A stretch of DNA of 64,000 bases, taken from positions 1-64,000 of the forward strand of contig JAMDHS010000048.1 of assembly GCA_029717555.1 (NCBI GenBank). Direction: 5' to 3'. Shown here in pieces: positions 23,570-37,284 of this stretch; positions within the stretch are counted from its first letter, which is position 1; each line of letters opens with the position of its first letter. The position numbers and the translations under genes are program-made. Source of the stretch: Peribolospora baueri (lineage: Eukaryota). The notes below the pieces were generated by a model, which was not told the origin of the DNA, did no database searches, and worked only from the letters and a program-made list of their open reading frames with translations.

Positions 23570-25407
23570 CTACGTATGATCCTCATCCTCCGCACCCTTC
23601 TCCCTCGCCTGCTCTCTCGCAAAGCTGATGCTCATCAGCTCCGCGTGACCTATGCCTTCTAGTTTGCCGTCGAACAGGCCCTTGCGGTAGCCTTCCACGA
23701 TCCGACCCAACAGCTCCGACGTGGACACGCCCGGCGTCCGGCGAGTGGGGAGGAATTTGCCTATCAGGATGACGTAAAGTGAAACCGAGTGAGTATGAAC
23801 TCGAAACAGGCCGGGGGCCGGGCCGACGGAGAGACGATGACTTACCTAGCCTCTTGACGAGCGCATACACATCGTCGGAGCCTTTGCTCTTGTACGGCGC
23901 CTCGTCATGCGCGACGTAGTCAATGCGATGCTTGACGATGAAATCCTCCTCTACTGTCCAGGGCGCATCCTCGATCACCTCGTCCACCCATTTGCAGTTA
24001 CGCACGCTCTCGTACCGCTCCTCCGACGCCATTACCGGTTGGGCCTTATGAGCCGCACACGCTTCCGAGGTCACCACGCCGACGAGGAGATATACGTTGG
24101 GGAAAAAGAGTTTGGCTTGTCGAAGCTGGAGAGCGTGGCTGACAGACAGAGCGCGCAGATCGTCCGTCAGCTTCCACGTTGGACCGCCACGCTCCCTCGA
24201 CAAACGGCTAGTCCCACTCACGCGTAATGGAATAGATCGTACACGCCTGTGCCATACGAAATCACCAAGCGCCGGGCAAAAACAAAGCCTTTAAGCACTT
24301 TTCCACTTCTCACGACGGAAACATCACCCCGCCCCGCTCACCCACTCACCATCTGCATATATCCTAATGGGCCTTCCCTGTGGGGGTTCGTTGATCCGGT
24401 AAGGCCTTGCCGGATCAGGGTTATAGATGGCATCATGAATAAACTGTCGGATCTCCTCGGGCGTGTGCACCTTGAACGTCTTTCCCTGCAAGCCTATCCC
24501 GCTCGCCAAGGCCGCTCTCTCTTTGTCTTCCCGCGAATCCACGGCGTGCCCGCCTCCTCTTCGCGATGGTAATTCAAAGGAGGAGGCGACGGTGTTAGAG
24601 AGCGAGGTGGGGCGGAATGAAGGTATAGAAACGCGCGCACTGGACGACGCGGAGGACTCCTCCTGCGATCCTCCTCCCGACAAACGCGGTTGGCGTTTCG
24701 ATGCGCCTCCGATCTGAGGGTGATCACGGTGCTGTTGGTAAGATGGTCGAGAGGATTGAGCGGTCGACATGCCGCCGTTGCCACCACCACCAACACTTCC
24801 GCTCGCGCCACCCGTGCCCGCGGCGGGCGCCTGCGAGACGGCCGAATTGAGAACGTTCGTAGGGGGAGGCAGGGCGGCTGAAGACTCGACGTCACCGTCG
24901 TAAGTGGACGTGGCGGAACCTTCACCGTCCCTGTTTTCGGAAATGACGGTAGGGTGGGTGGCGCTCGGCGTGCGCTTCAACACAGGACTCGACGACGTCG
25001 CGGTGGCAGAGACGGAAGAAGCGGAGCCTCGTTTGAAGACTCGCGGGCCGGTGGTGAGGCCGAGGTTGGGAGGCTGGGAAGGTGTGACGGCGCTCATTGC
25101 CGAGGCGGAATCGTCAAAGGTTGACTCCTGGTCGTTGTCTTCCTGCAGGCGTGCCGGTGACGACGAAAGGCGAGAAAGATGATGCGATCAGCCATGCACG
25201 CGACAGAAAACAGTAACATGAGTCGATCAAAGCCCTTGAAAGGCGAATCTAGCAAGGCCAGAGAAAGACCGCTGACGTGCTAACCTCGCTGGCATCCCTC
25301 GAGGACGACACGAAAGCGGTCGCGCCGTCATCCTCCCTCAACGCCGCGGAGAGAGGCTGACGCTTTTTGCGTCTAAGGCCTTCGGCGACCTGTTTCGTCA
25401 TGGTCAT
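23570..25407 (-). CDS. PCT1: Choline-phosphate cytidylyltransferase (CCT)
   Basis: Motifs [54 protein letters not shown] and FLPTRRTPGVSTSEL. Exons 25407-25285, 25142-24350, 24246-24222 (25 nt), 24138-23846 and 23760-23570. Confidence 0.9.
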
Positions 25408-26244
25408 AGTTATCGGATCGACGGGGCAGGCGTCCGTGATGTGGGCGGGGGGCGAAGAGGTCGATTCGGCCTGGGAGAGCTCATCGACCGAGCAAAAGGG
25501 GAGAACACAAGCGACGCTTCGACCTTAGCACCAAGACACCACCGGATGCCAATCCGTGCTCAAGGCAACCGCACTCACTCACTCAGACACACTCGCTCAC
25601 TCGAGTTGCGCACGAAGGAGAGGAGGAAGAGAGCGGGAAAGGGCCCGAGAAGGCGTCGTGATATCGGTGGCTGTTGGGTCGGTGGATGAGCGGAAGCAAA
25701 AAAGAAATCTGCTCCTTTCCTCTCTCTTTCTTTCTCTCTTTCTTTCCTTTTTTCTTTCCCGGGAAGAGAGAGACGGTGGTGGAAGAGAGGCGTCGTCCGG
25801 TCAAAGCCGGTGGGTGCGTGAAGAGCGAGAACTTGGGTGTGATGGGAGACGAACGAGGTGGAAGTCGGACGAATGATGACCGTCCATCGACAGCTTTCAA
25901 CGTGCGTGAAAGCCACCATTTTGGAACGTTCGTTGGAGGTCGCGATCTATTATCGCCGCCTCTGTCCGCCTCCATGCGTCACTCGTCGTCGCCGTGGGCA
26001 ACGGCGGAGATCGGTCTGCTTTGTACAGTAGTTGCGCCGCCGGCGCGACCACAAGTGCTTCTGACGGCGGCATCGTGGGGTCGATGATACTCGGCTTCGA
26101 GGTGGTCGTACCCTGCTACACTGATGAGGCGTCTGTTAGAACAGCCCCGAGAACGCGCTTATCCTTCCGGAACCACAGCAGATAACCTCTACTTGAATCC
26201 ACCGGCTCGAAATCCGATCCAGGAATGCCCGACGAAAGGCTCGA

Positions 26245-29200
26245 CTAGGACAAGAACCCGGTCTCACGCCAGCGCTTGACAAACTTGGTCACCATCTCCG
26301 CATCCACCACCGGCGCTCGCCTGAGCGCCGGCGCCAATTTCCTCGTCCGAGCGGTGCACAGCCGCGCACGCGGACGCCTGTCCTTCGCAGCCGGACCGTA
26401 TTTCTCCTCGAAAAAGGCTCGCAGCTTCAGGACGGGATTCCGTTCGGCCGCCGCGCCAGGGCCCAAATTTCCCGCTTCCTCGCTATCGTCGGCACAGCGG
26501 AGACGGTCGAGCCATTCGTCGGCAGAAACACGTTCAAAGGAGAGACCGGCTGCTTCGAGTCCGTCGAGAACGGTCGACCAAGAGACGGAGTGGGGACTGA
26601 CGACGTGGTGGACGGCCGCTCGGCCTTCTGTATAGCTGGAGTCTCCTCCGTTAGACTGAGCCGGTTGCGTTTCCGAGAGGACGAGCTCGAGGATCACTTC
26701 GGCGGCCGTATCGACAGGCAGCCAGGAGACGTCCTGACAGCAGGAGAGGAGCACAGCACGAGATTCGGTCTCAGCTCAACACGGGACAGGGCGTCCCTCC
26801 TACTCGTTCGTACGGCTCACGTCGTTCAGGTCTGGCAAGGCACCGACAGTTTGAGCGCTCTTGAACATCAGTGGAAAAGCTTCGGTCACGTTCCAGTGAC
26901 CGACGGCGGCATCTCCGACCTGGTACGGAAAATGGGACAGACGTCGTATGTCAGAGTGAGAGGAGTATCAAGTCTTGAGAGGCGGTACCGTTCCACTACT
27001 GGGTCCCATACCGCGTCCCCTCTGGACTCACCATCTGCCCGATTCGCAGGACTTCGGCGCGCATGTCGTACGTCCCGGCCGCGCGCTTGCATAACTGCTC
27101 GACGATCCACTTCGACCGGGCGTAGCCAATGTCTCCGAAGATGGTAGAAGGCAACGGTGGATTAACGGACAGTCAGGTGACAAGTCGGGGGAAGGGGAAC
27201 TGGTTGGGCGCCGATAACTCTGAGCTCACTCTGGGCTTCCTCAGGGTCTCCAGAAAATGTCTCGTTCACTTCGGGACCCTTCCAACCGACAACAGCGCTC
27301 ACGGATGAGGAGAAGAAGAAGTTTGCTGGACGATAACCCGGAGCTCGAAGGGAATGGCGAAGACACAGGTCGATAAGATTACGGGCTCCGGCGATCTGAG
27401 GTTCAAACGACTCGACCGCCAGATTGAAGTTAACGGGCCAGGCGTTCTGCGTGGCATTGAGCGAGTCGAAATCTCTTTCAGTGCGAGGTCGAGCGAAGTA
27501 CAGCGCGGAACGAGCGGGGAAACTCACGTGCATGACATCGGTGACCTCTTCGACCATTTCCTCATAAACCTCATCCAGAAGGCCCAGATTCTCCAATTCG
27601 GTGTTCGCGCTCAAGCAGCGGACTCTGCCGTCGTCAGCGCATGAGCGCTGGTGGAGCAAGGGAACATGACGCTGTCGCATCGACTCCTCTACGCGCTCTC
27701 GTGCACTCCCGTCGTCCTTTGCCCGGCAGAGACAGTAGACACGAGCCACGTCGGTATGGCGGAGCAGCTGGTCGAGTAGATGGGCGCCGAGGCTACCTGT
27801 CGCTCCGGTCAGTACAACGACACGGCCCCGAGGCACCTGCTCGACTTTCCGTGTTCTGTTCTCGAGGCCTGAGACGGACGTTGAGCTGTACTTGTCTACC
27901 ATCGCCCTCATGAATCGATGGGTCGAAGAGACCTCCTCGTGAAGCCGTCCCTGCGACTGCGCCCAAAGGTATGAGGCGAGACCGGACGCGGTGGGATGCT
28001 CAAAGACGACGTTCGAGCCTAATCTCGCCCCCGAAAGGTCAAGGTCACGCTGAAGCACGTTGCGCACGCGAGCGGCTTGGAGCGAGTCCATGCCCATGGC
28101 GGCAAAATCGGCGTCAGGAGCGAGGTCAACGACGGTCGTCTGGGCGCTCGCACCGAGCGTCAAGCAGACAGTTTCGACAACCTTCGCCAGCATCTCTTCT
28201 AAGCTCGACGCCCGAGTCTTGCTCGAACCATCCCCGTGCTCAAACTTGTAATACGTGTCCTCGATGAGAGATGCGTACTCGTCGTAGACGCGAGCGCGGA
28301 TGATACTTCCTTTGTCGGCTTTGGGCACGTACGAGCCTGGAGGGAGGACGCGTACCATCTCTGGCAGGAGGCGAGAATGGGACGGAGCGCGATCGTTGGC
28401 GGTCTGGACGGCGGGCCAAACGGCTTCCCGCGCCTTCTCTTCATCCGTCGAGGACCATGCGCCCACCACCGGCTGGGGACGAATGGTGTCGTCGTTAGAG
28501 AGAACGATGAGCGCGCCGGCTTGCATGCGGCCCGTGCCGAAGACGATAGCGTCGTCGATGAGTTTCGACTCGCGCAAAGACAGTTCGATCGGGACGGCGG
28601 CCGTCTTTTCTCCGTTGGCGTGCACGATGGTGTCGTCCTTGCGTCCTACATACTTGAACACATGGGGATTTGAAGGATGCGGGACGAAGAGGTCTTTGGT
28701 GGCAAAGGAGCCATCCGGTTGGTTAGACATGACCTGCAAAGAAGGGATGGCCCTACCGTCAGTCCGTTTCCATCATCACCTCAGCCGACAGGGCCCCACC
28801 TTGGGCGGCCAGCCTTCCTTCACTATAAGCTCGAAAGCTCCTTGGCCCACTGGCTCGAACTGAATGTAATCGTCCACCATCGCTCGTCCAGACCGAGTCC
28901 CAGACGAGCGTAGCCAGTTCCATTCTTTGTCTGTCTCGAACGGTCGGAAGGACGTCATGATCTGTCCGACCTCGGTGCTAAGCAAAGAGGTTGTTTCGTC
29001 AGGACTGAACTGAACCGCTGGGCCGGGCTTGGGCGTCACGACTCACGCTCCATAGTGTCCAACGAGGTTGACTCCATGCATGACGAGCCGGTTACCAACC
29101 TCATCGGGACAAGCGCTGCCTGCAAAAGTGACGAGTTTGAGGCGCACGAGCGCAGCTATGCCCTCTGGCGTCTCAGAGAGCAGCTTGAGAACGTAGGGGA

Positions 29201-30350
29201 CGGCGTAGAAGAGTTCTGCATCGCACGAGTTGAGCGCAGTCACCAAGGCCCTTGATGTGAGCGGCAATGGAGGAGTTGGGTAGAGATAAAGGACCTTCTT
29301 GGACCAGAGAGCCCTCAGGAAGGCGCAGTGGCCGTGGTTCTGCCCGACGAAACAGGGTCAAGTCTAGTCACGATCAGCTTCGATTGAGCGAACGGCGGAT
29401 CGAATCGGAACCGGAGCAGAGGCGCACATGATAGAGCGGAAGAGTGACGAAAGCCGGTAGATCAAAGGTGATAGCGATGTTGGCCACGGTAGCTCGATGA
29501 GAGACCCAAATGGGTTTGGGGAAGCCTGCAGAACATAACTGCAAACGTTAGCTCGGTCCTCGAGTTGTTCCGTGAAAAAGCAGTGCCGTAAAAGACACCG
29601 CCCACCTGTGCTTCCACTCGAATGAATACAGAAGGCCTGCAGGTCAGCTTCGGACGCGTCGGCGAAGAAGGCGCCTCGATAGGCTCGGCCTTCCGCCATT
29701 TCTAGAGAGACGCTTTCATCCTCGTAGGCGGCCTCCGGGTCGGGAGAGACGAGGACTTTAAGACCGCTCCCGTTTCTTCCGACGAGGGAACGGTTGCCAT
29801 CCCGGGTAGCCTCTTCTGCCGAGGCGCGACTACGAGCAGAACGGCGGTCGTAGAAGAGATGCGTCGTACCAGTTGCGCGAAGAAGATGTGTCAAGGCGGC
29901 CACTGAGTTGTTCTGATTCAAATGACGAGGAGGCGCAAACAAAAAGTCAATATCGGGACCATACGGGCGAGCAGAGAAACGGGTTTACGATGAGAGAAGC
30001 AGCGGTGTGCTTACCGTGCTGAGCAGAACCACGCCCCAACCGAGCTTGGTGATCGCCATTTCTAGGACGATATATTCCCACCCGCTCTGACAGAACAAGG
30101 CGACGACGACGGTTTTAGGATCCTGTCCAGACTTGCGAGGAGGGACAATGCCATGGACGGTGAGCCATCTGGCGAGCCTCGACACTCGAAGGTAGAGCGA
30201 GCGGAAGGTGTGAATTGAATAGAAAGCGGACAGGCCATCATCGCTCGCGCCATGGGCGGGGGGGACACCGACGATAGGCGTGTCGGATGACGAGGTGGCC
30301 CGCTCCAAGAGGAGTTGGTTGATGGTGACAATGGGATGCTCAGCCGACAT
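26245..30350 (-). CDS. NRPS-like adenylate-forming reductase (A-T-R, carboxylic-acid-reductase type)
   Basis: A domain: HSSGSTGFPKPI, GHYGATEVG, TKDLF, GRKDD, NGEK, DKGS. T domain: DFAAMGMDSL. R domain: VVLTGATGSLGAH, HNAWPVNF, GYARSK, RIGQMVGD. Exons 30350-30015, 29912-29606, 29525-29428, 29339-29047, 28977-28800, 28733-27528, 27446-27230, 27132-27032, 26919-26821 and 26733-26245. Confidence 0.92.
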
Positions 30351-30910
30351 TGCTGCGACCGAGGAGGGATTGTGGAGGGCGGGTGGTGGAAGTCGCCCTG
30401 CCAAGAGCATCCACATCGGCTACTTAAAGCGAAGCCCGAGCCAAGCCGAGAGTGAGCGGAGGTCGGACCGAAGGAGGAGGAATAGCGGGCCGACGTCGGC
30501 GGGGACGCCGGCGGGCGAATCGGTTCATATTGGGTCTGGTTAGCAGGCAGTTCGCCTGTCATGTCGAGGTCAGAGATGGTCTGCGTCAGCTTGGCCTTGC
30601 GGGTGCTCTATCATCTGTCGTTTCCCCGGACCGACACCGACGCCATCCACGCAGGAAGGCGTCGGCGGGGCCCAAGTGGGGCGAGGGAGAAAAAGACGAA
30701 GGAACTCCGTGGACCGCACACACAAGTCGAGTTAAAACGGCCCTTTCGTCACATTGTAACCAATTGCACTCCGGCTCGGATCTAGGAGACGACGGCAAGG
30801 TGCACGCGAACAGCTGGTACGAGGAGGGCCTTACATCGACTTGATTAACCGAATCGAAACCAAGACTTTCGAGACACCAACGGAGGACGAACGAACGAAA
30901 TCAATCATCA

Positions 30911-33900
30911 TCAGAGACCCTCGATCTCTCTAAGCACGTCCGACCACAGCCTCGGCGCCGGTTCGTTTCTCCTCGCAGTGTCCCTCTCACCCTCTCGTCC
31001 CCCCGCATCCGGATCCCTCTCCGACGACGTGCGGTCCGAAGGCCGGGTGCGAGAGGAAGAGGAAGAAGGTCCACCGCCGATGGAACTGCTGGCGGAAGCT
31101 TGGGCGGAGGAGGAGGAACCGGAGGAGCCGGAGGCGGAGGTAACGGAGGATCGCATGGGAGCAGTGGGCATGGAGGCGGAGCAGGCCACGGCCTGGCGAC
31201 AGATGGGGCACGAGTTGGCGGACTGCAGCCAAGTCTGATGGTCGCACATACGAGGAGTGTAGGCGGAGAGGTCAGCGTCTCTCGAATCGACTTGAACAGG
31301 TGGAAACACCTGCGCGTGCTCACCTTTAAACAAGCTTCGTGCAACGCGTGGTTGCAGGGCAAACTCATCAACCTAAGGACAGTACGCACAGAAAGAGTCA
31401 ACCATCAGCGCCCCGCCCCGCCCCGCCTCTGATCCCCATCCTATGCTCCTCTTTTCAGGGAGACTTACAGGTCGAACGGGTCGTACTCGTCCAGACAGAT
31501 TCCGCACTTGGTCTCCTTCTCCAACGACGCATTCTCCCTGCTCCTCCCAGGCCGAAACTCGGTCGACGTGGGGTCACCCTCCGCGCAGCTCCCTCCCCGC
31601 CAGTTACGGTACAGGCACGTGGGAAGGCCAGCGACGACGTGTGCGGGCGTGTGCCGTAGGCGGACTTCTCCCACACGAGCGCCCAAGTGCAAAAGGCCCT
31701 CATACGTGTTAGTGCGCTCCCAATCGTCGTCGGCCTGAATCGAGTCGATGAAAAAAGAAATCCCATCAGCTTATCCAATCTTCGAAAACCTGGAGCCGAG
31801 ACGGGGCGTCAAAATGATCCCGTCTCCATCGACGCTCACCAGATAATTGGCGGGATCAGAGGCGATATCGCTACCCAGTCCCGTCCCCCATCCGAACACT
31901 CCGAAGAGATGGAACGGCCGACGACGAGCGGCAAACTCGACGTCTAGGTCGTCCTCGTCGTCGATATCATCCAAAGCCGAAGACGACGGCCAGTCACCGA
32001 GACGATACCTGTCTAGCAGATCCTCCGTGGCATCTGCCAGCTCCAGCTCCTGCTCCTGCTCCTGCCTGTTCAGGAGACGCTCCCGGAGGAGACGCTCCAG
32101 GCGGTCCTGTCGGTGGTTGTGGGTGCTGCGAAGCTGCGCAGACATTCGGGCGAGACGGAGCGCATTATCTTGCCATCTCGATTCCCTGTCCGTCTCGCCC
32201 CGGGCGGCAGCAGCCGAGAAACCAAACCTGCCGGTACGATCAGTATGAGAATCTCCTTGATTGCGCGAGGACACAGGGCTCGCGTCGGACGATGAGTGGA
32301 CTCGAGACGATGATGACCTTCTGCGCACCGACGACGTCGGCGCGTCATCAGCCAAAAAGCTCCTGTTGAACTCGGTGCCCCATCCCGTCGCCGTGGCCGG
32401 CGTCTGAGCTGCTGAGGGAGAACGACCAGAAGTGGTTGGGCCGAAGGGGCTGGGCAAGTAACGCAGAGAGGATAGCGACGGGTGGCCGGTCGACGGGGAA
32501 GAGCCCGCCGGCTGAGAGCGAGAGGAAGAAGGATCGTTGAGGATATCTCGCCAACGGCGCAGACGCTCGCGACGCAAGGAAGTAAAGGTGCGATCACCGC
32601 GACCCTCGTCCGGCTGCGGGAACGAAGATCAAGGAAGAAGGGATGAGACTTGTGCGGCACCGGCCCAAGAGGATGGTACGATCAAGCATCGACTTACCTG
32701 AGAAATCCCATCACCCGGCTCCAAGTCACTGGAAGGTCTATGCCTCCTAGTGGAGAACGGAGGCCCTCCACTTAGCGGCCACCTGTCTTCGTCTTCTCCG
32801 TCGCCACGATCGAATCGACTCGTCACGGCGGCGCCCGACGAGGTCGCGTTCGCGTTCGAGGAGGCCAAGGCCAAAGGGCTCAGTCGGAGGCTTTGGAGCG
32901 AATCCGTAGTCGTTTGATCTTCAGGAGAGCCGCTTTCCCCGTCCCTCCGGAACGACGATCTCCCCCCTTCGAGCCATCGAGGCCTCATCGGAGTGGTCGA
33001 GGCGCTAAGGCTACCGTATGGATGCCTGAGCTGCTGAACCCGATGTTGTTGTCGGTGCTCCTGTCCATCCTGAACCTGACCGCGGCGCACTTGTTCATCA
33101 TTCCACCGGTCGGGGAAGAACCAGCGGAGGTGATCGTCCTCCGAGCGATCCGCTCCGACAGTCCCGATTTCAAAAGGCGAGAGAGGCGGCAGAGGACCTA
33201 GCTGCCGGCGAGCCGAGAGCGTGAGGGGCCGAAGGCCGGGTCGAGAAGACGCTGTGGGCGATGAAAGCGGACCGAACCGACCGGGGGAACGATCTGGTCC
33301 TGAGGATGACCGAGGTTCGTCGCCGCGCGTACCGTCCGACAACAAGCTCGACCTGGCCTCAGGCCGCTGCGGGGACCGACCGGCGGCCTCGGCGCTTTCG
33401 CCGCCCACACGACGCCAAGGCCGCTCGCCGAGGCTATCCAGGGCGGGTATCCTCTCTGCGCGGCTGGAGTCGTCTCGGCGATCGTCACCGAATTGGAGAG
33501 CCAGAGGAGAGCGCGGTCTGATGCGCGGCAGACTGGGAAGTCGAGAACGGGCGTCCCCATCGGCGGTGGACGAAATGTCACGGGAGCCAAGACGGCCTGC
33601 GACTTCGCTGCCACGCCTCCCGAACGGATGCGAGAGAGACGGCAGCTCGGCGTGCTCCTGACGCTCCGCATCGCCGCCGGCCGCGTCACTCGTCTCCTCC
33701 CTCGAGCGCCCGAGACCATGGTCGCTGATCCCAGCCTCGCGAGCGAAGCGGCTCGAAGTCATTGCGAGCTCTTCCCTGCGACGGCGGACAAAGTCAAGGA
33801 ACTGACTGCTGTCGGCGAGCAGGCGATTGAAATCGTCGTCGATCCGGTCCTCCTCCCCACCCGCAGGACCGTCCTCTCTATATCGTCGCGAAAACGCTCC

Positions 33901-36900
33901 GGTCGTCGTCCTCCTGCGACTGGGCGCGCTCGCAGGCTGGCGTGGCGCGGCGCCGAAAGTGCTCCTTTCAATTTCAGCGGTGAGCAGACGGTACGCGTCG
34001 TCTGGTCCGGTTGAAGAACCGGGCGGACTGAGGGAGAGCCAACTCTCGTTCTGAGATCGGGTGGGGCCCCGGAGCCGGCCACTGGGGTCCAGCGCTCCGA
34101 AGCGTCTGCCGGACGAAGTGGGGGTGCCGGCGGCTGTGTTCGACCGTCCGAGGGTACCGGACAAACCTGCGCTCGAGGTTCCGGTCATGGACGCCGGGAG
34201 ATTTGTGGAATAGCCTCCGGCCGGAGTGTGAGCAATGCGGCTGCTGATGTCGTCCGGGCGATTGCGAACGGCATCCGCCCAGTCAAACAGAGACGAGGGT
34301 CGGTGAAGGCTATGTTCGGAGGGGCGAACGTTATTGTTGGCGTTCTGCCGAGCTGCGCGAAGCTCGCCCCAGAGCGGACCGGTGTTCCTGTCGTGCACGG
34401 CGCTGGACCCGGTCGGTGTGTTCGCGGTGGCCGCCGCTGTGGAAGACGAGGAGCCGACGCGACTGGCGACGCTCATGCCCGTCGGCCCTCTCCTCGCATC
34501 CTCTTCCGCACGGCGTCTATCCAAGAGCAGTCTCGAGACGTACGGAGCATGCGAACGGGTGTTGGACGTGACGATCTGAGGTAAAATTAGACGGTCGCTG
34601 ACCTCGACGTTCAGCGTGCCGTTCAGCTCCCTCCTCTGTTGCCCGTGCCACGACGTGGAGCCATGAAGTCTGCCGTCATCGTCCACCAGGCCAAGGCGTC
34701 TCCTGGGGCTGTCAAGACTGGAGGAGCCCGCAGACTCGCCCGACTCATTGCGCTGACTCAAGGCCCGAGCCAGAGTGTCTTGCCTCGACGGACCAAAGTC
34801 GAAGAAGGAGGCCGGGGCGCCGTGACTATTACGCCGGTCGTGCAACAACGAGGAGGCGGGCAGAAATGATGACGGAAGCGTCGATCCAAGATCGTGGCGG
34901 CTTCGAGTGGAGAGACTGGCGGACCCAGGCTGCTGCCTCAGACCGGGCGCGGCGGTGGGCGAACCGAACGTAATCGGAGTCGATCTTCGGCCGCCGTCGT
35001 CGGAACGCGGGGAAGAAGCGCGGCCAAGCTCTTCAGGCGACCAGAGCCGAGAAACCTCGTCCATTTCGTCAAAATCGCTGCCAAAGTCCATGTCGAGCCA
35101 CTGAGGCGAGAGCGGGCTCGCACCGCGGCCGCCCGTACCGCGACCCGTCGTCGAAGCTCCGCTGGCCTCCGAAGCAGCTGAGCGAGCCGTGCCCAATTCG
35201 ACGGACATGGAGCCGGCGGATGAAGAGGCGGAAGCGTCATCCAAGCCGGGGCTCAGGAAACTGGGTGGACTGAGAGCGTTGGTCCGAGAGGACGCGGCAG
35301 TAGCGTCGACATCCGGCCAAGGGAAAGCGCGTGAGGACAGTTGGGAGTCTGGAGACGGCCTGCCTCCGGGAGGGCGCAAATGGAGGTCGATATCGTGACT
35401 GTGAAGCATGTCGAGGAAGTCATGGTGGTCCCTCGACCACGCCGCTTGCGACGCCACTTCGTCCTGTCCGTCTCTGTCGCGATGCGCGGAAGGCGAGGAA
35501 GCGGTCTGCGCTAGCGCTCCGCCGGCTTCGCTGTCGGTGATCGCTCTCGTAGCAGGAATAGAAATAGGCTGAGGGGGACCCCTCCAAACGTGAGGAGCTT
35601 GGTCTTCCCCGAGATGTCGCTGACCTCGGGCGGCGGTCCCATCATCATCCCCTCCCATGCGTCCAAAGTTTCTGAGCATCTCTTCCACCGAAGGCATCGC
35701 AGCACTGCGCGACCGCGCGACCTCGTCGGCAGAGCGGCCAACTGTCGAGAGCACCTCGAGCGCATCGGCGGCGAAATCCTGCGAGTCGTTCAAACGGCTT
35801 CCGCTGACTGCGGGCGGCTCCGGCTCTTCTCCATCACCGTTCTCGCTTCGCGGCCCAGCGCCTTGTCGGACGCGCTTGTTGCCCGTTTCGTTGGTGTGCC
35901 CGGTTCGGAGCCTCCTCTCGCCGCCTTCGTCTTGACCGTCCGCACAGTTTCCCTGGCCCCGAGAGTGGGCGAGCGGGCGCGAGCTGGGACCGGGTTCATC
36001 GTCGTCGGAGAGTCTGCCCTGCAGCGGCGAGGCGGCTGCGGGACTGCCGGCCGTCGCTTCCTCGAATGACCGCTTGAACGAGGTGGAAGGGAGGGGCGCG
36101 GAAAAGTCGACTCTGGGAGTGGGTGAACGGCTGGCTGGCCTCCTCCTGCGGATGGGAGAACGGCCGAGAGGCGAGGGAGGAGAGTCGAGGGAGAGGGGCA
36201 AGAACGAAGGCGCGGATTCTTCGCTCCCCTGAGGGCTTCCCACCTCGTCCTCCTCCTCATGCGCATCGCCCCTGGTATCGTGGCGAAGAGAAGGCAGGTA
36301 GAGGGGGTGTGTCTGGATGTCCATCGGGGTGTCAAGGGAACCGAAAATCTGCGCTCGGTCTTCGTCACTGAGAGCGCCTTGAGCATCGTCGGTGTGATCT
36401 CCGTCGGCGCCAGCGGGAGTGGACTGGGGATCGACGAGAAGGATGTGTCGACGCGCCGGGCGGTGGGCCCGGGTGGGAAGACTGTCGTCGGCAGAAGAGA
36501 GATGCTCCTCGGCCCCGTCGCCGCCGCCGATGCTGGCGGCGGCGTTCGTCTCAGGCGCGGCCTCGATGCGCGGGCCAGTCGCGAGACTCGGCCTCCTGCC
36601 GGGGGTGACGAGGTGCAAACCCCTTTCGCTGGGCGTGCCGGGCCTCAGAAAGTCCAAGCTGAACGGATCGCCGAGGTTGAGCTCGAGGGAGGCGCGGCGA
36701 TCCTGGGGCGAAGGGTCATGGACGGTGGGAGGCCGGGCTGGATGGGAGTTGTGGTTGTAAGGAGGAAAGGAGATTCTGGTGGTGGACGGGGCGAACGCTG
36801 AACGAAGGCCGGCGGGCATCGACTGACGAGACGGGGGCGCTGCGAACGTGCGAGGCGGGCTCTCTGGAGTCGGGTATCCGTGCCACGCTGGGCTGGACGG

Positions 36901-37284
36901 CCGAGCCGGGCTGGGCTCGATGGGCCGCGCTGTGGCCGGGGCGAGCGCGGGCCCGTCCTTGTCCATGTCCATGTCCATGACTATGTCCATCCCTTCGCTT
37001 TCGATCCGCTGGTCCGGACCGTCGGTTGCGCTTGCGTCGTCGCCGTCGTCGTCGTTGCCGCTGGGGGCAAGGGCGGGAGAGGCGGGCTCGCTCTCGGGGG
37101 AAGGGGGATAGGGCTGGCGTTGGTCGGGGCGGGGCGAGACGGCTCTTCGCTTTCCGCGTACGCGAGCTGACATGTCATGAGGAGGATGGCAAGAAGGGAA
37201 GGAGGAGGAAGTGGTGGAGGGGCGGTCGAGGGGTTGTTGGTCGATAGGATCGGGCAAAGAGGGATTCGAGTTTTCTGATGCCAT
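30911..37284 (-). CDS. Very long, mostly disordered protein with C-terminal RING-H2 finger (putative E3 ubiquitin ligase)
   Basis: Spliced RING-H2 reads CGICLDEY...[26 protein letters not shown], preceded by TYEGLLHLGARVGEV. Exons 37284-32698, 32613-31840, 31734-31469, 31372-31324 and 31234-30911. Confidence 0.85.
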
